DNA of 64,000 nucleotides, taken from positions 144,770,001-144,834,000 of the forward strand of contig OX597817.1 of NCBI GenBank assembly GCA_951406725.2, read 5' to 3'. This document shows positions 13,531 through 25,347 of this stretch, piece by piece. Numbering within the stretch: position 1 is the first letter of the stretch; every line of letters starts with the position of its first letter. The notes beneath the pieces were generated by a model. It saw only the letters and a list, made by a program, of their open reading frames with translations. It was not told where the DNA came from and did no database searches. Source of the stretch: Octopus vulgaris (taxonomy: Eukaryota). The position numbers and the translations under genes are program-made.

Positions 13531-14648
13531 AGAAAACACATTACAGTAAGTGGTATGATAGATAAATAGATAGATAGGTAGATAGATAGACAGACAGACA
13601 GTTTTCATGTACCAAATCCACTCACAAGGCAGCTTTGGTTGTCTGAAAGTTATAAGAGAAGATACTTGCTCAAGGTGCCACACAGTGGAACTGAAGTTTT
13701 AACCACATGGTTGTGCTTTAACTTGTTTTAAATTAATAATTTAATACTCAGATCTGTGTGCATGAGTTCTCTTTTCAATTTGCTGTTTCCAGCTTCTTTA
13801 TAAACCTATTAAAAAAATAAATGAGAAAAAGAAAATAGAGAGGCTTGGAGAGGCTAGCTATACTGTTGTCACCTGGTTACAAATGGCTACTTGGAAACTA
13901 ATTATCTCAAGCCAATAACCATGGACTTTTGACTAAAATGCTTTAAGAACTGACCAGTTATTTTAATTAAATATTCTATTCATGAGTGCCATGTGCTGAC
14001 ACTTAACATTCTCATGTCTTTTATTTAACTCTGTATATATGTGAATGTGTGTGTAGGGGGGGATGTGTGTGGCTTTGGGTGTATGGCTCTGTATATAAAA
14101 TGCAGGATACCTAAATAGCAAAGAAGTTTGCTTTGCAAGTACAAGATCTCAGGTTCAATCACACTGCATGCCATGCTATCTTGGGCAAGTTTCTTTTATC
14201 AGAACATCAGATCAATTCTTGTGATTGAAATTGGGTCAATGGGAACTAGGTGGAAATCCTGGGGATTGACTGTAGTTATAATTGAAAAGGTCCAGCCTTG
14301 TCATACATTGTGGCATATTGATTTAGATATACATGTCTCTGGAATACTCAGCCTGTTCTATTCTAATTCAATGTGCAGTTAGTTCAGGTGATCAAAGAAG
14401 TGAACTTGTTGAACTCCATTTACTGTATTCTTTTATTCGTTTCAGTCATTTGACTGCGGCCATGCTGGAGCACTGCCTTTAGTCAAGCAAATCAACCTCA
14501 GGACTTATTCTTTGTAAGCCTAGTACTTATTCTATCAGTCTCTTTTGCCAAACTGCTAAGTTATGGGGACGTAAACACACCAACATTAGTTGTCAAGTGA
14601 TGGTGAGGGACAAACTCAGACACACAAACATATATACATATATATAAA

Positions 14649-15130
14649 GGGTTATTCAAAAAGAATTAACTGATTTCATTTTGCAATATTTTAATAAGGA
14701 AAAGCAATAAAAAAACTGCAGCTGAGTCACAAGTATTTACTCACAATCAACTTTTATTTCCTGTCTTACAAGTGTTCAATGTGGCCACCGTCTGCAGCAT
14801 TGGCAACATCAGTGTGATGAGAGAATTCCTCCCAGATGCATATCAGCATATCAAAAGCAAGTTCATTTTGGAACTAAAGAATAAATTTGCTTTGCTTGAG
14901 GTGATTCCAGAAGATATTGACATAGAATGGAAATGGAAAAACTTCAGTAAAGCATTCAACCAGACAGTCAAAGAAGTACTCAGTGGATTGTGATATGCTG
15001 ATACGCATCTGGGAGGAATTCTCTTATCACATTGATGTTGCCCATTCTGCAGGTGGTAGCCACATTGAACACTTGTAGGACAGGAAGCAAAAGTTGATTG
15101 TGAGTAAATACTTATGACTTAGCTGGAGTT
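14649..15130. mobile_element. Foldback/MITE built from two inverted 3' ends of a Tc1/mariner-superfamily transposon, enclosing a LINE fragment
   Basis: ~140-bp inverted arms 14714-14853 and 14991-15130. The right arm encodes DMLIRIWEEFSYHIDVAHSAGGSHIEHL*, like a transposase C-terminus. Left terminus gggttattcaaaaag follows a TA run. The spacer encodes KFILELKNKFALL...WKNFSKAFNQTVKEVL. Confidence 0.7.
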
Positions 15131-15157
15131 ATATATATATATATATATATATATGAA

Positions 15158-15382
15158 TAATTAGGAAAGAGAGAAAACCACAGATTAACAAACACATCAA
15201 TTGGATCACAATTATAGCTTATATTTTAATACAAAGCGTGACATAACAAAATAGGTGACGTAACATATCTTACAGCCGTTACTGATCAGATTGTTACGTC
15301 ATGCTTTGTGTTAAAAAATAAGCTATAAACGTGGTCCAATCGATTTGTTTGTTAATCTGTGGTTTTCTCCATTTCCTAATTA
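15158..15382. repeat. ~225-bp imperfect hairpin with a hammerhead remnant at its apex
   Basis: taattaggaaa..gagaaaaccacagattaacaaac... pairs with ...gtttgttaatctgtggttttctccatttcctaatta. Confidence 0.8.
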
Positions 15383-15518
15383 CTTGCATTGGTTCCTGAT
15401 AAACTCTTGCTTATCCGATTGTTATCTGCAGTCTATGTGCATGGTGTGCCTGAACACCAATGCTTAGGGATAATACAGGTAATTGATACCAATAGTATGT
15501 ACAGATATTTTGTCCCTT

Positions 15519-15581
15519 AGATAACCGAAGAGATGGTGGTGTGGATTTCCACCTTGGCATCCGAAACTCAGAGTTTTATCT
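15519..15581 (+). ncRNA. Type I hammerhead ribozyme motif, core variant U4C
   Basis: agataa CCGAAGA gatg.gtgg...ccacc..catc.c GAAAC TCAGA GTT ttatct; 6-bp stem I. Confidence 0.6.
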
Positions 15582-15679
15582 TGGCTACCGAATAATTGTC
15601 ACATATTACTTTTAGATAAATTCCTCTATTTACAGAATATTGAGGTCTCTTTCTTTCTTTTGTTATCTTACCGTTTTTA

Positions 15680-15739
<60 letters not shown>

Positions 15740-16752
15740 TATATTTGTGTGCTTTTGTCTGTGTTTGTCCCTTCACCATTGCTTGACAACTGACGATGTT
15801 GTGTTTATGTCCCTGTAAAGTGGTGGCTCAGCAAAAGAGACCGATAGAATAAGTACCAGGCTTACAAAGAATAAGTCCAGGGCTCGATTTCTTCAACTAA
15901 AAGGAGGTGCTCCAGCATGGGCACAGTCAATATGACTGAGGCAAGTAAAAGACTAAAAGAAAAGAATAATATATTTTTGTGTACTGTTGAAGCGTAATCA
16001 ATTCACTGCACATGAATTTTAACAACAAAATCTTATATGTGCCCACCCCCAGGGGTCATATGGACCCTGGTTGAGGACCACTGGTTTTGAATCATAATGA
16101 CCTACTTGATAGAGTGTTGAATTTCCAATCATGAATGACAGTTTCAATTCTAATGATCACTCAGAATGATTTATCATGTCCTTCTCCCATTTCATTTGAT
16201 AGAAATTTCCTATCTTAAACTCTATGTTTCTTATCACTTCTATATTGATTTTTATTTATTTGTTCAATTGTTTTTCTTTTGTTTTTTTCTTTTCTTGTTA
16301 AGGATATTCAAAGAGATAGCTATGTTTCTGACTTCAAATCAATCTTTATTTATATTAATCTTTATTTATATTAATTAAAGTGATGCTGAACTCTTATTTC
16401 GTAGTCATCATACAGCACGTGAGATACAAACAGCAGTCATTTCAGTACAGATATTGCTAATAATCTTCTGTCATAAACGTTTGTGTGATCTCATTTTCCC
16501 TTTCATCGTGCATCAGATGTTTTATGCTGAAGAAATCTCATTTAAGTAAATGTTGCACGTGACCTGATGGTTAGGCTGTTTGGTTCAATGCTGTAAGGTC
16601 ATTGGTTCAATTCCTTGAGCAAGGCACTTCCTTTCATGTGGCTCTAGTCTACTTAGCTAAAAATGAAGAACAGATAACTGCTGGTGCATCTCTCTCTCTC
16701 ACATCCTCAATATTTTACTCTCCCTCCTCAATGCATTCATCATCATCATCAG

Positions 16753-17100
16753 TGGAGGTGCAGTGGTTAGGGCAGCGGACTCGCAGTTTCGATTCCCAGA
16801 CCAGGCGTTGTGTGTGTTTATTGAGCGAAAACACCTAAAGCTCCATGAGGCTCCGGCAGGGCATGGTGGCGACCCCTGTTGTACTCTTTTGCTCCAACTT
16901 TCACTCAATCTTTCTTCTTGTTTCTTATCCCCGACTTCCTACGCAACCGCTGAGCCTGGATGCACATTCATCCATCCGTTGATGCTCTCAGTGTCGGGGG
17001 TTGACCTGCTTTCTCTTCTGTGGGTCTTACAAATAACAAAAGGACCACGTTTCGGACTTCTCCCACTGGGATGAAGACCGCTTCGCTCAACAAACAAACA
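16753..17100 (+). mobile_element. SINE family D head and body with a different tail ending (AAAC)n
   Basis: Matches 18901-19291 up to caactttc...ttcttcttgtttc and then diverges. Confidence 0.7.
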
Positions 17101-17940
17101 ATCATCATCATCAATTTTAAATTCCGCTTTTCCATGCTTGCATCAGTCAGATTTTGTTGAGGCAGATTTTCTTTAGCTAGATGCCTTTCCTGTCACCAAC
17201 CATCATCAATTTCCAAGCAAGGTATACATAACCCCATTTGTGTTCTTTTTATACCTACACTGCACTTAGAACCAACCTTGAGTCAGATCTATGATTTCAA
17301 TTGGATCTGGTACTTACATATCTACATATGATACCTTTATGGTCATTTTACCTCACTGTAAACCCTTTGTTATTGTACCAAGCCAGTTCTGGCATCCTAC
17401 ATCTTGATGTGCCTAGATTCTAATGAATCCTATAATTAATATATATATATATACACACTACCACCACCTGTGTACCACTATCACCACCACCATTGCTTTA
17501 TACCACCACCAAAACACCATCTTCTAATAACATCATTCATGTTAAGTACAAATAAACTCTACTGGAGAAAATCATATATATATATATGTCAAGTACATCA
17601 ACATCAAAAAATCAAATGGAAATTGTAGATGTGATACCTGTGCCAGTGGCACGTAAAAAGCACCGTACGAACGTGGCCGTTACCAGCGCTGGCTTGACTG
17701 GCTTCCGTGCCGGTGGCACGTAAACAGCACCAACCGATTGTGGCTGTTGCCAGCCTCGCCTGGCACGTAAAAAGCACCCACTACACTCATGGAGTGGTTG
17801 GCATTAGGAAGGGCATCAAGCTGTAGAAACACTGCCAGATCAGACTGGAGCCTGGTGCAGCCTCCTGGCTTCCCAGACCCCGGTCAAACCATCCAACCCA
17901 TGCAAGCATGGAAAACGGACATTAAATGATGATGATGATG

Positions 17941-17971
<31 letters not shown>

Positions 17972-18107
17972 TGCACACTCACACACTCACATGCACATGA
18001 CAGGCTTCTTCCAGTTTCCATCTACCAAATCCACTCACAATGCTTTGGTTGGCCTGAGGCTATAGTAGACAGCACCTTGCCCAAATAACCTTGAACTTCA
18101 TTTTAGA

Positions 18108-18187
18108 AGCTCTGAAGAAGCTATAAGGTGATGCTCAAGCACTCATCTCTGAATGCACTGCATTTCTAGCAGAAACAACTGTAAGCT
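18108..18187 (+). ncRNA. Type I hammerhead ribozyme motif with an extended stem II
   Basis: agct CTGAAGA a-gcta...tagc-a GAAAC AACT GTA agct. Confidence 0.6.
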
Positions 18188-18900
18188 AATGGAACTCATT
18201 GCATAATTTCCTGTTTCCTTGTCATTCATTTAACTTCATATACAATACGTTTGTGTATATATAATATTTCATTTGAACTGAGAAACTGACATGTACATTG
18301 ATTTAGTAAGACCTGCATGAATATGTACAATATTTCATCATTCAGACTACAAAACCTGGCCTGAAGGACTGATAAAGAAAATGTCACAATTTGACAACGA
18401 CAAATAGAGCTTATGACTTAGCTTCTGATGTATTATTTACCCTCCAACATGTAGCTTTTGTCAACTCATCTTCTCACATGAGGCTTTTTGATGACTACCT
18501 TCCCACCACATATAACTTTTTTTTATGTCTAACCTTCCTACATGTGACCATTTTATAACTTACGGGGTGGCGAGCTGGTAGAATTATTACCATGCCAGAC
18601 CAAATGCTTAATGGCATTTTTTGTGACTTTACATTCTGAGTTCAAATGCCACCAGGATTGATTTTTGCCTTTTACACTCATGGGGTCAATAAAATAAGTA
18701 CCAGCTGAGCACTGGGGTCTATGTAATTGAATTACCCCACTTTGAAATTGCTGGCCGTGTACCAAAATTTGAAACCATTTTATAACTAACTCTCTAACAT
18801 GTAATCGTTTTATGATTTGCTGTTAAACATGTGACTTTACACTTCACTCATGGTATGTTTGTTCAATTAATCAACTTGCTACCACCACCACCATCTGTAT

Positions 18901-19291
18901 GGATGGAAGCACTCCATCGGTTACGTCGATGAGGGTTCCGGTTGATCCAAATCAACGGAACAGCCTGCTCGTGAAATTAACGTGTAAGTGGCTGAGCACT
19001 CCACAGACACGTGCACCCTTAACGTAGTTCTCAGGGATATTCAGCATGACACAGAGAGTGACAAGGCCGGCCCCTTGAAATACAGGTACAACAGAAACAG
19101 GAAGTAAGAGTGGAGTGAGAGAAAGTTGAGGCGAAAGAGTACAACAGGGGTCGCCACCACCCCCTGCCAGAGCCTCGTGGAGCTTTAGGTGTTTTCGCTC
19201 AATAAACACACACAACGCCCGGTCTGGGAATCGAAACCGCGATCCTCCGACCGCGAGTCCGCTGCCCTAACCACTGGGCCATTGCGCCTCC
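18901..19291 (-). mobile_element. tRNA(Arg)-like SINE family D, young copy with a 14-bp TSD
   Basis: Minus-strand head ggaggcgcaatggcccagtggttagggcagcggactcgcgg...ggtttcgattccc; TSD accaccatctgtat at 18887-18900 and 19295-19308; CpGs retained. Confidence 0.85.
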
Positions 19292-19339
19292 ACAACCACC
19301 ATCTGTATACCACTGTCACTACCACCATTGTTTTATACC

Positions 19340-19570
19340 TATTTCTTTACTACCCACAATGGGCTAAACACAGAGGGGACAAACAAGGTCAGACAAACGG
19401 ATTAAGTCGATTACATTGACCCAGTGCATAACTGGTACTTATTTAATTGACCCCGAAAGGATGAAAGGTGAAGTCGACCTCGGTGGAATTTGAACTCAGA
19501 ATGTAACGGCAGACGAAATACAGCTACGCATTTCGCCCGGCGTACTAACAATTCTGCCAGCTCACTGCCT
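19340..19570 (-). mobile_element. SINE family B with a 16-bp TSD
   Basis: accattgttttatacc at 19324-19339 and 19577-19592. Confidence 0.85.
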
Positions 19571-20640
19571 TTAAAAACCATTGTTTTATACCACCATCTT
19601 CTAATGACATCATTCATGTTAAGTACAAATAAACTCTACTGGAGAAAACCATAACACGATACAACTCAAGCACATGCAATGCACACTAACAAGAACAAAA
19701 CACAACATGCAACACACTTTCATATCCAATAGAAATAAAAAACCATTCCAATTAAGACAATTTCCTGTGTGAATTGCTTGCCATTTCGTTCCTCTTTTAT
19801 AATCCCTTTATTCTGGTTGTCAGAGTTCAGAAAAATAATCTATCCTAAGACTGCCAACAAATTATGCAGAAAACTATGGCGTTTCCATTTGCCATGGTGA
19901 CTGATTTAAGTATTTCAGCTTCTTCCCCCTTAGAATATCCAGCCATGGTAATCTTCTATTGAAGAATATTTATTATTGTTAAATCTGTTTGGATGATTTG
20001 TTATGAAAAGAGTTTCGCAGAAAAATCATTATGAAAACATGGCTTTATTAGATTTTCCTTTTGTTAAAAATTTTTATGCCAGACCTACATTGGTACAACT
20101 AAACTATTCTCTTTGGCTTATTTTCCCCCCTTTATGTCCAGTTCTCTTTCTCTCTCACTCTCCATATAAATATGCATGTGTGTGTGCATATATATATATA
20201 TGTATGTATGTGTGTGTGTGTCTGCTTCTTTCTTTGATTTTCTCTTATTTAAGCTTCTCTCTTCTCTCTCTCTCTTCTCTCTCTCTTCTCCCTCTCCCCT
20301 CTCTCCCTCTCTTCTCCCTCTCCCCTCTCTCTCTCTTCTCTCTCTCCCCTCTCTTCCTTCTCTCTCTCTCCCAACTTTGTCTCTTCTTCACTTATCTTTC
20401 TTTCCTCTCTCTATTTGTTCTAAAATACACACAAAGTCAACATGTACGCATGCACACACACACACACACCATTTATTTCTTGCTGAACAATAATATCAAT
20501 GAATGGTGATTTTATTTAAACCACTATTTTGTTTAATAGTTTGAGATAAGTAGTTTGTAGGAAGTAACAAAAAGTTATACTTAAAAACATTTACTAAACT
20601 GAGTTTGTGATGTGTGTCTGTGTATGTGCATGTGTGTGTG

Positions 20641-20695
<55 letters not shown>

Positions 20696-20704
20696 ATATT
20701 ACAT

Positions 20705-21070
20705 TCTTTTATTATTTTACTTGTTTCAGTCATTTGACTATGGCCATGCTGGAGCACTGCCTTTAGTCAAACAAATCAACCCCAGGAATTATTCTTTGTA
20801 AGCCTAGTACTTATTCTATCTGTCTCTTTTGCTGAACTGCTAAGTTACAGGGACGTAAACACACCAGCATCGGTTGTCAAGCAATGTTGTGGTGGACAAA
20901 CACACACACACACAACAGGCTTCTTTCAGTTTCCATCTACCAAATCCACTCGCAAGACTTTGGTCGGCCCAACGCTATAGTAGAAGACACTTGCCCAAGG
21001 TGTCATGCAGTGGGACTGAACCCTGAACCATGTGGTTGGTAAGCAAGCTTCTTACTACACAACCACCCCT
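20705..21070 (-). mobile_element. SINE family A
   Basis: Same head, core and tail as 62819-63237. Confidence 0.8.
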
Positions 21071-21540
21071 ATCAAAGATGATAGTTGTAAAATAAACACA
21101 TCATCATCATTTTATACTCATTTTTCCATGCTGGCATGGGTTGAACAGATCATCGCAGTCTGCCTCTGTTGTTTTTCGAGTTGCACTCACATGTCCCATA
21201 TGTCTGTATGATTTTTGGAATTATATGTCCTTCCTATTGCCATCATCTTTACAGATGCACTATAATTTGTTGCCATAAAGAAATATATCCTTTTTTTCTG
21301 GGTTTTTATTACTGCAATAAAAACTATAGAATTGGAATAATTTCTTTGGAAATCTATGCTCCTTTTGATTTCTGGTTAGAAGCGTGTCACCTAATAAGAC
21401 CCTTACATTTATTGTCTAAGACATTTATAATCGAAGACAATGTGACTAAGATGTGTTCACCTGCTAAAATCCTTTTTCCAGCTATTGGAGACCCTTTCAC
21501 CTACCATCTAATAGCATTTACATATGATTTTCATAAACAT

Positions 21541-21912
21541 AGGCACAGGAGTGGCTGTGTGGTAAGTAGCTTGCTTACCAACCACATGGTTCCAGGTTCA
21601 GTCCCACTGCATGGAACCTTGGGCAAGTGTCTTCTACCATAGCCTTGGGCCAACCAAAGCCTTGTGATTGGATTTGTTAGACGGAAACTGAAAGAAGCCC
21701 ATCGTATATATGCATATGTATATATGTGTGTGTGTTGTTGCTTGACAACTGATGCTGGTGTGTTTACATCCCCGTCACTTAGCAGTTTGGCAAAAGGGAC
21801 CGATAGAATAAGTACTTGGCTTATAAAGAATAAGTCTTGGGGTCGATTTGCTCGACTAGAGGTGGTGCTCCAACATGGCAGCAGTCAAATGACTGAAACG
21901 AGTAAAAGAGTG
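21541..21912 (+). mobile_element. SINE family A
   Basis: aggagtggctgtgtggtaagtagcttgc...gactgaaacgagtaaaagag. Confidence 0.8.
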
Positions 21913-22307
21913 TAAACACAGTCCTTTAACCCTGTACTGTGAAAAAGTGGGAAGGGGGAAATTTTCCATGGGTACTAAGGACAAAGGGGGCTGGCTTTAG
22001 GGGGACAATGTATACACCTGTGCTGTTTCATTGTTTTTTAGTCTTTGTCTCTTATTCAAATATTATATTTAAAAAAGTATTAGATGTAATATTATAATAA
22101 ACTGTTTGTCAAGCCATAGTCACAACAACAACAACAACAACAATAATAACAGATTTCTAAATGTGAATAAGTAAATAAATAATTGCCCTAATTTTCAAAA
22201 ATGCTTTCAATTTTTATTCTGTTTATGTGAATCACCTGTTTTAATGGCAATCAACCTGTCACCAACAATTTTTATGATGTGTTTAATTTTGTTGAATAGT
22301 TGTAATG

Positions 22308-22795
22308 AGGGGTGGGAGTGTGGTAAGTAGCTTGCTTATGAACCACATGGTTCCGGGTTCAGTCCCACTGCGTGGCACCTTGGGCAAGTGTTTTCTACCA
22401 TAACCTCAGGCCAACCAAAGCCTTCTGAGTGGATTTTGTAGACGGAAACTGAAAGAAGCCCGTCATATATATGTTTATATATATGTGTATGTGTTTGTGT
22501 GTCTGTGTTTGTCTCCCCAACATTGCTTTACAACTGATGCTGGTGTGTTTACATCCCCGTAACCTAGCAGTTCAGCAAATGAGACTGATAGAATAAGTTG
22601 TAGGCTTAGAAAGAACAAGTCCTGAGGTCGATTTGCTCGACTAAAGGCGGTGCTCCAGCATGGCGAGACCGATAGAATAAGTACTGGGCTTACAAAGAAT
22701 AAGTCCCGGGGTCGATTTGCTCGACTAAAGGCAGTGCTCCAACATGGCCGCAGTCAAATGACTGAAACAAGTAAAAGAGAAAAGTGAGTAAAGAG
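22308..22795 (+). mobile_element. SINE family A with an internal ~80-bp tail duplication
   Basis: The segment gagaccgatagaataagt...ctccagcatgg occurs twice (about 22581-22663 and 22665-22747). Confidence 0.8.
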
Positions 22796-23397
22796 AGTTG
22801 TAATGAAGGTTGGGGGTGGGGGCTAGAGGAATATTGTTCGTAAAAGAAAAAAGAGTGACAAATAAAAAAAAAAAGTACTGCCTTAGTTTGTTTTCTTTGA
22901 ATCTGAGCAACTGTGTGTGTGTGTATATTAAATCATTGTAATAAAACACTATGAGCTGTTATAATATCCCCAGTAAATGATATTGCATTCCCAAAAGCCT
23001 GGGTTCACTTCTAACCGGTAATAGAATATTTCCTTGTACACTGCCAGATCAGGCTGGAGCCTGGTGCAGCCTCCTGGCTTCCCAGACCCCAGTCGAACCA
23101 TCCAACCCATGCTAGCATGGAAAACGGACGTTAAACGATGATGATGACAACAACTTACTCGCTAAAACTATTCAGAAAGATATAAATTCTTGCCCTTCAT
23201 AATCTTTCATTATAAAGAAGGACATAATCTTGTTCTTTTGCTTGCACAAAACAAATCATTTGTAGTGGGCACCATGGAGTGGCGGTTTGTCCTATGTCAA
23301 CAACATCTTATCGTTCAGTTCTAATTCCTGGCTAGAACTGTCCTATTCCACTTAAACTCAGGTAACTATGTATCTTGTCTACAGCAAGACACCTGTT

Positions 23398-23810
23398 CCT
23401 TATTTCTTTATTGCCCACAAGGGGCTAAACATAGAAGGGACAAACAAGGACAGACAAAGGGATTAAGTCGATTACATCAACCCCAGTGTGTAACTGGTAC
23501 TTATTTAATTGACCCCGAAAGTATAAAAGGCTAAGTCGACCTCGGCAGAATTTGAACTCAGAACGTAGTGGCAGACGAAATACCTATTTCTTTTACTACC
23601 CACAAGGGGCTAAACACAGAGAGGACAAACAAGGACAGACAAACGGATTAAGTTGATTACATCAACCCCAGTGTGTAACTGGTACTTATTTAATCAACCC
23701 TGAAATGATAAAAGGCTAAGTCAACCTCTGCAGAATTTGAACTCAGAACATAGCGGCAGATGAAATACTGCTAAGCATTTCACCCGGTGTGCTAATGTTT
23801 CTGTCCCTCT
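23398..23810 (-). mobile_element. Dimeric SINE family B (a similar dimer lies at 38363-38768 +)
   Basis: Two tandem core-plus-tail units follow a single head. Confidence 0.75.
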
Positions 23811-23819
23811 GTCATACAT

Positions 23820-24052
23820 CATCATTATTGTTTGACCGTGGTCGAGACAATGGAATTTACTATGTTACACCAGACTTCATGGTCCATCATAGCATTACGG
23901 AGGTCCTGTTGCTTGATGCCTGTATCCCTGGAGATTACATCAGGGTAGTGTGCGCCCTCTGTTATCACGAGCAGATGGCTTCTAGAGGAGAAGAGTTGAA
24001 ATTACCTCGTTTTCAGCTCTACAACAATGTCCAGCAAACTGGACTTGTCTAC
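23820..24052 (-). mobile_element. 3' end fragment of an RTE-like LINE (third family)
   Basis: The minus strand reads approximately RQVQFAGHCCRAENEVISTLLL..PSARDNRGRTL..DVISRDTGIKQQDLRNAMMDHEVWCNIVNSIVST, followed by a short repeat tail. Confidence 0.75.
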
Positions 24053-24855
24053 CTTTCACAAGAGATGATACAGGTGGTAATTTCCCTCAATTATACACTC
24101 CACCTCAGTGTGTGTGTGTGTGCATGTGTGGGGGGGTCATGTCTTGCAGGTTACTTAATGACTTCACTGGTGCCATTGTTGCGTAAAAACATTCCCTACA
24201 CAATCTGTAAAGTGGTTGGCATAAGAAGGGCTTCAGACTACAGAAACCATACCAAAGCCAACGTTGAATCATGCAACACATTCCAGCATGGAAAACAGAC
24301 ATCAAATAAAGACGACGACAATGATGATGATGATGATCGTAATGATGGTGATGATGATGAGGAGGAGGAAATCACCATAACATTTCTTGTGGAAAGCATC
24401 AATAATACTTCACTCCAATTTCCCCCCACCCCACTCCACAAAAGTCAACTGATCAACTCAACCATTGATTGTTATTGAAAACTGATGCAGCAACTAACGA
24501 CATGCATTAAATAAAGAAATTCATTTTTTATTATTTTTATTTTCACTGCTTTGTTATTCATTTTTCATTAAAAGATGGAGGTTAGAATTTCTGAACAATT
24601 ATGATATAATGTAGCACAACACGTTCTTCATACCATGCTCTCCTCGTTTTGTTTTTGTTTGTGATGGATTTATGAGAAGTAAACTTATACTGTTGTGGTA
24701 AATTATTCTGTTTTCATATTATTTTAGCAGACGCAAACAGACACACAGACATTCCTACTTTGACATGGTGTTCTGTTTTGTCGTTTGATTTTCATTATAT
24801 TTTCCAACAGAAACTGTTGACGATACCTCCTTGCCTTTTATCTCCTTTTTCTAAT

Positions 24856-24868
24856 ATCTATCTATCTA

Positions 24869-24937
<69 letters not shown>

Positions 24938-25308
24938 TTGCATATATATATATATACACACACACACACATGTATATATGTATGTATGTGTGTGTGTGTG
25001 TGTGTATATATATGTAGATATATGTATGTGTGTGTATATATATGTAGATATATGCATGTGTGTATGTGTATATATATATATATATTCATATATGCATATA
25101 TACTTTTATATATATATATAGACACACACATATGTATATGTGCATGTATGTATGTGTGTGTGTATGTGTACATATATATATATATATATACACATACATA
25201 TATGCATACATACATTTATACATACATATATATATAAATATATAAATTTATATATCATCATCATCATCGTTTAATGTCCACTTTCCATGCTATATCTATA
25301 TCTATCTA

Positions 25309-25346
<38 letters not shown>
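24856..25346. repeat. Compound (TCTA)/(TC)/(TA)/(CA)/(TG) microsatellite block
   Basis: Direct reading. Confidence 0.95.

Positions 25347-25347
<1 letters not shown>

Noticed and set aside
19215-19291. tRNA-Arg(TCG)-like sequence (also at 51605 and other SINE heads)
   Set aside because: It continues into a SINE body with tail and TSD and lacks a proper acceptor stem, so it is a SINE head rather than a tRNA gene.
23789-24478. 229-aa + strand ORF
   Set aside because: Patchwork of antisense LINE fragment, microsatellite and RTE tail; the acidic run comes from (GAT)n.
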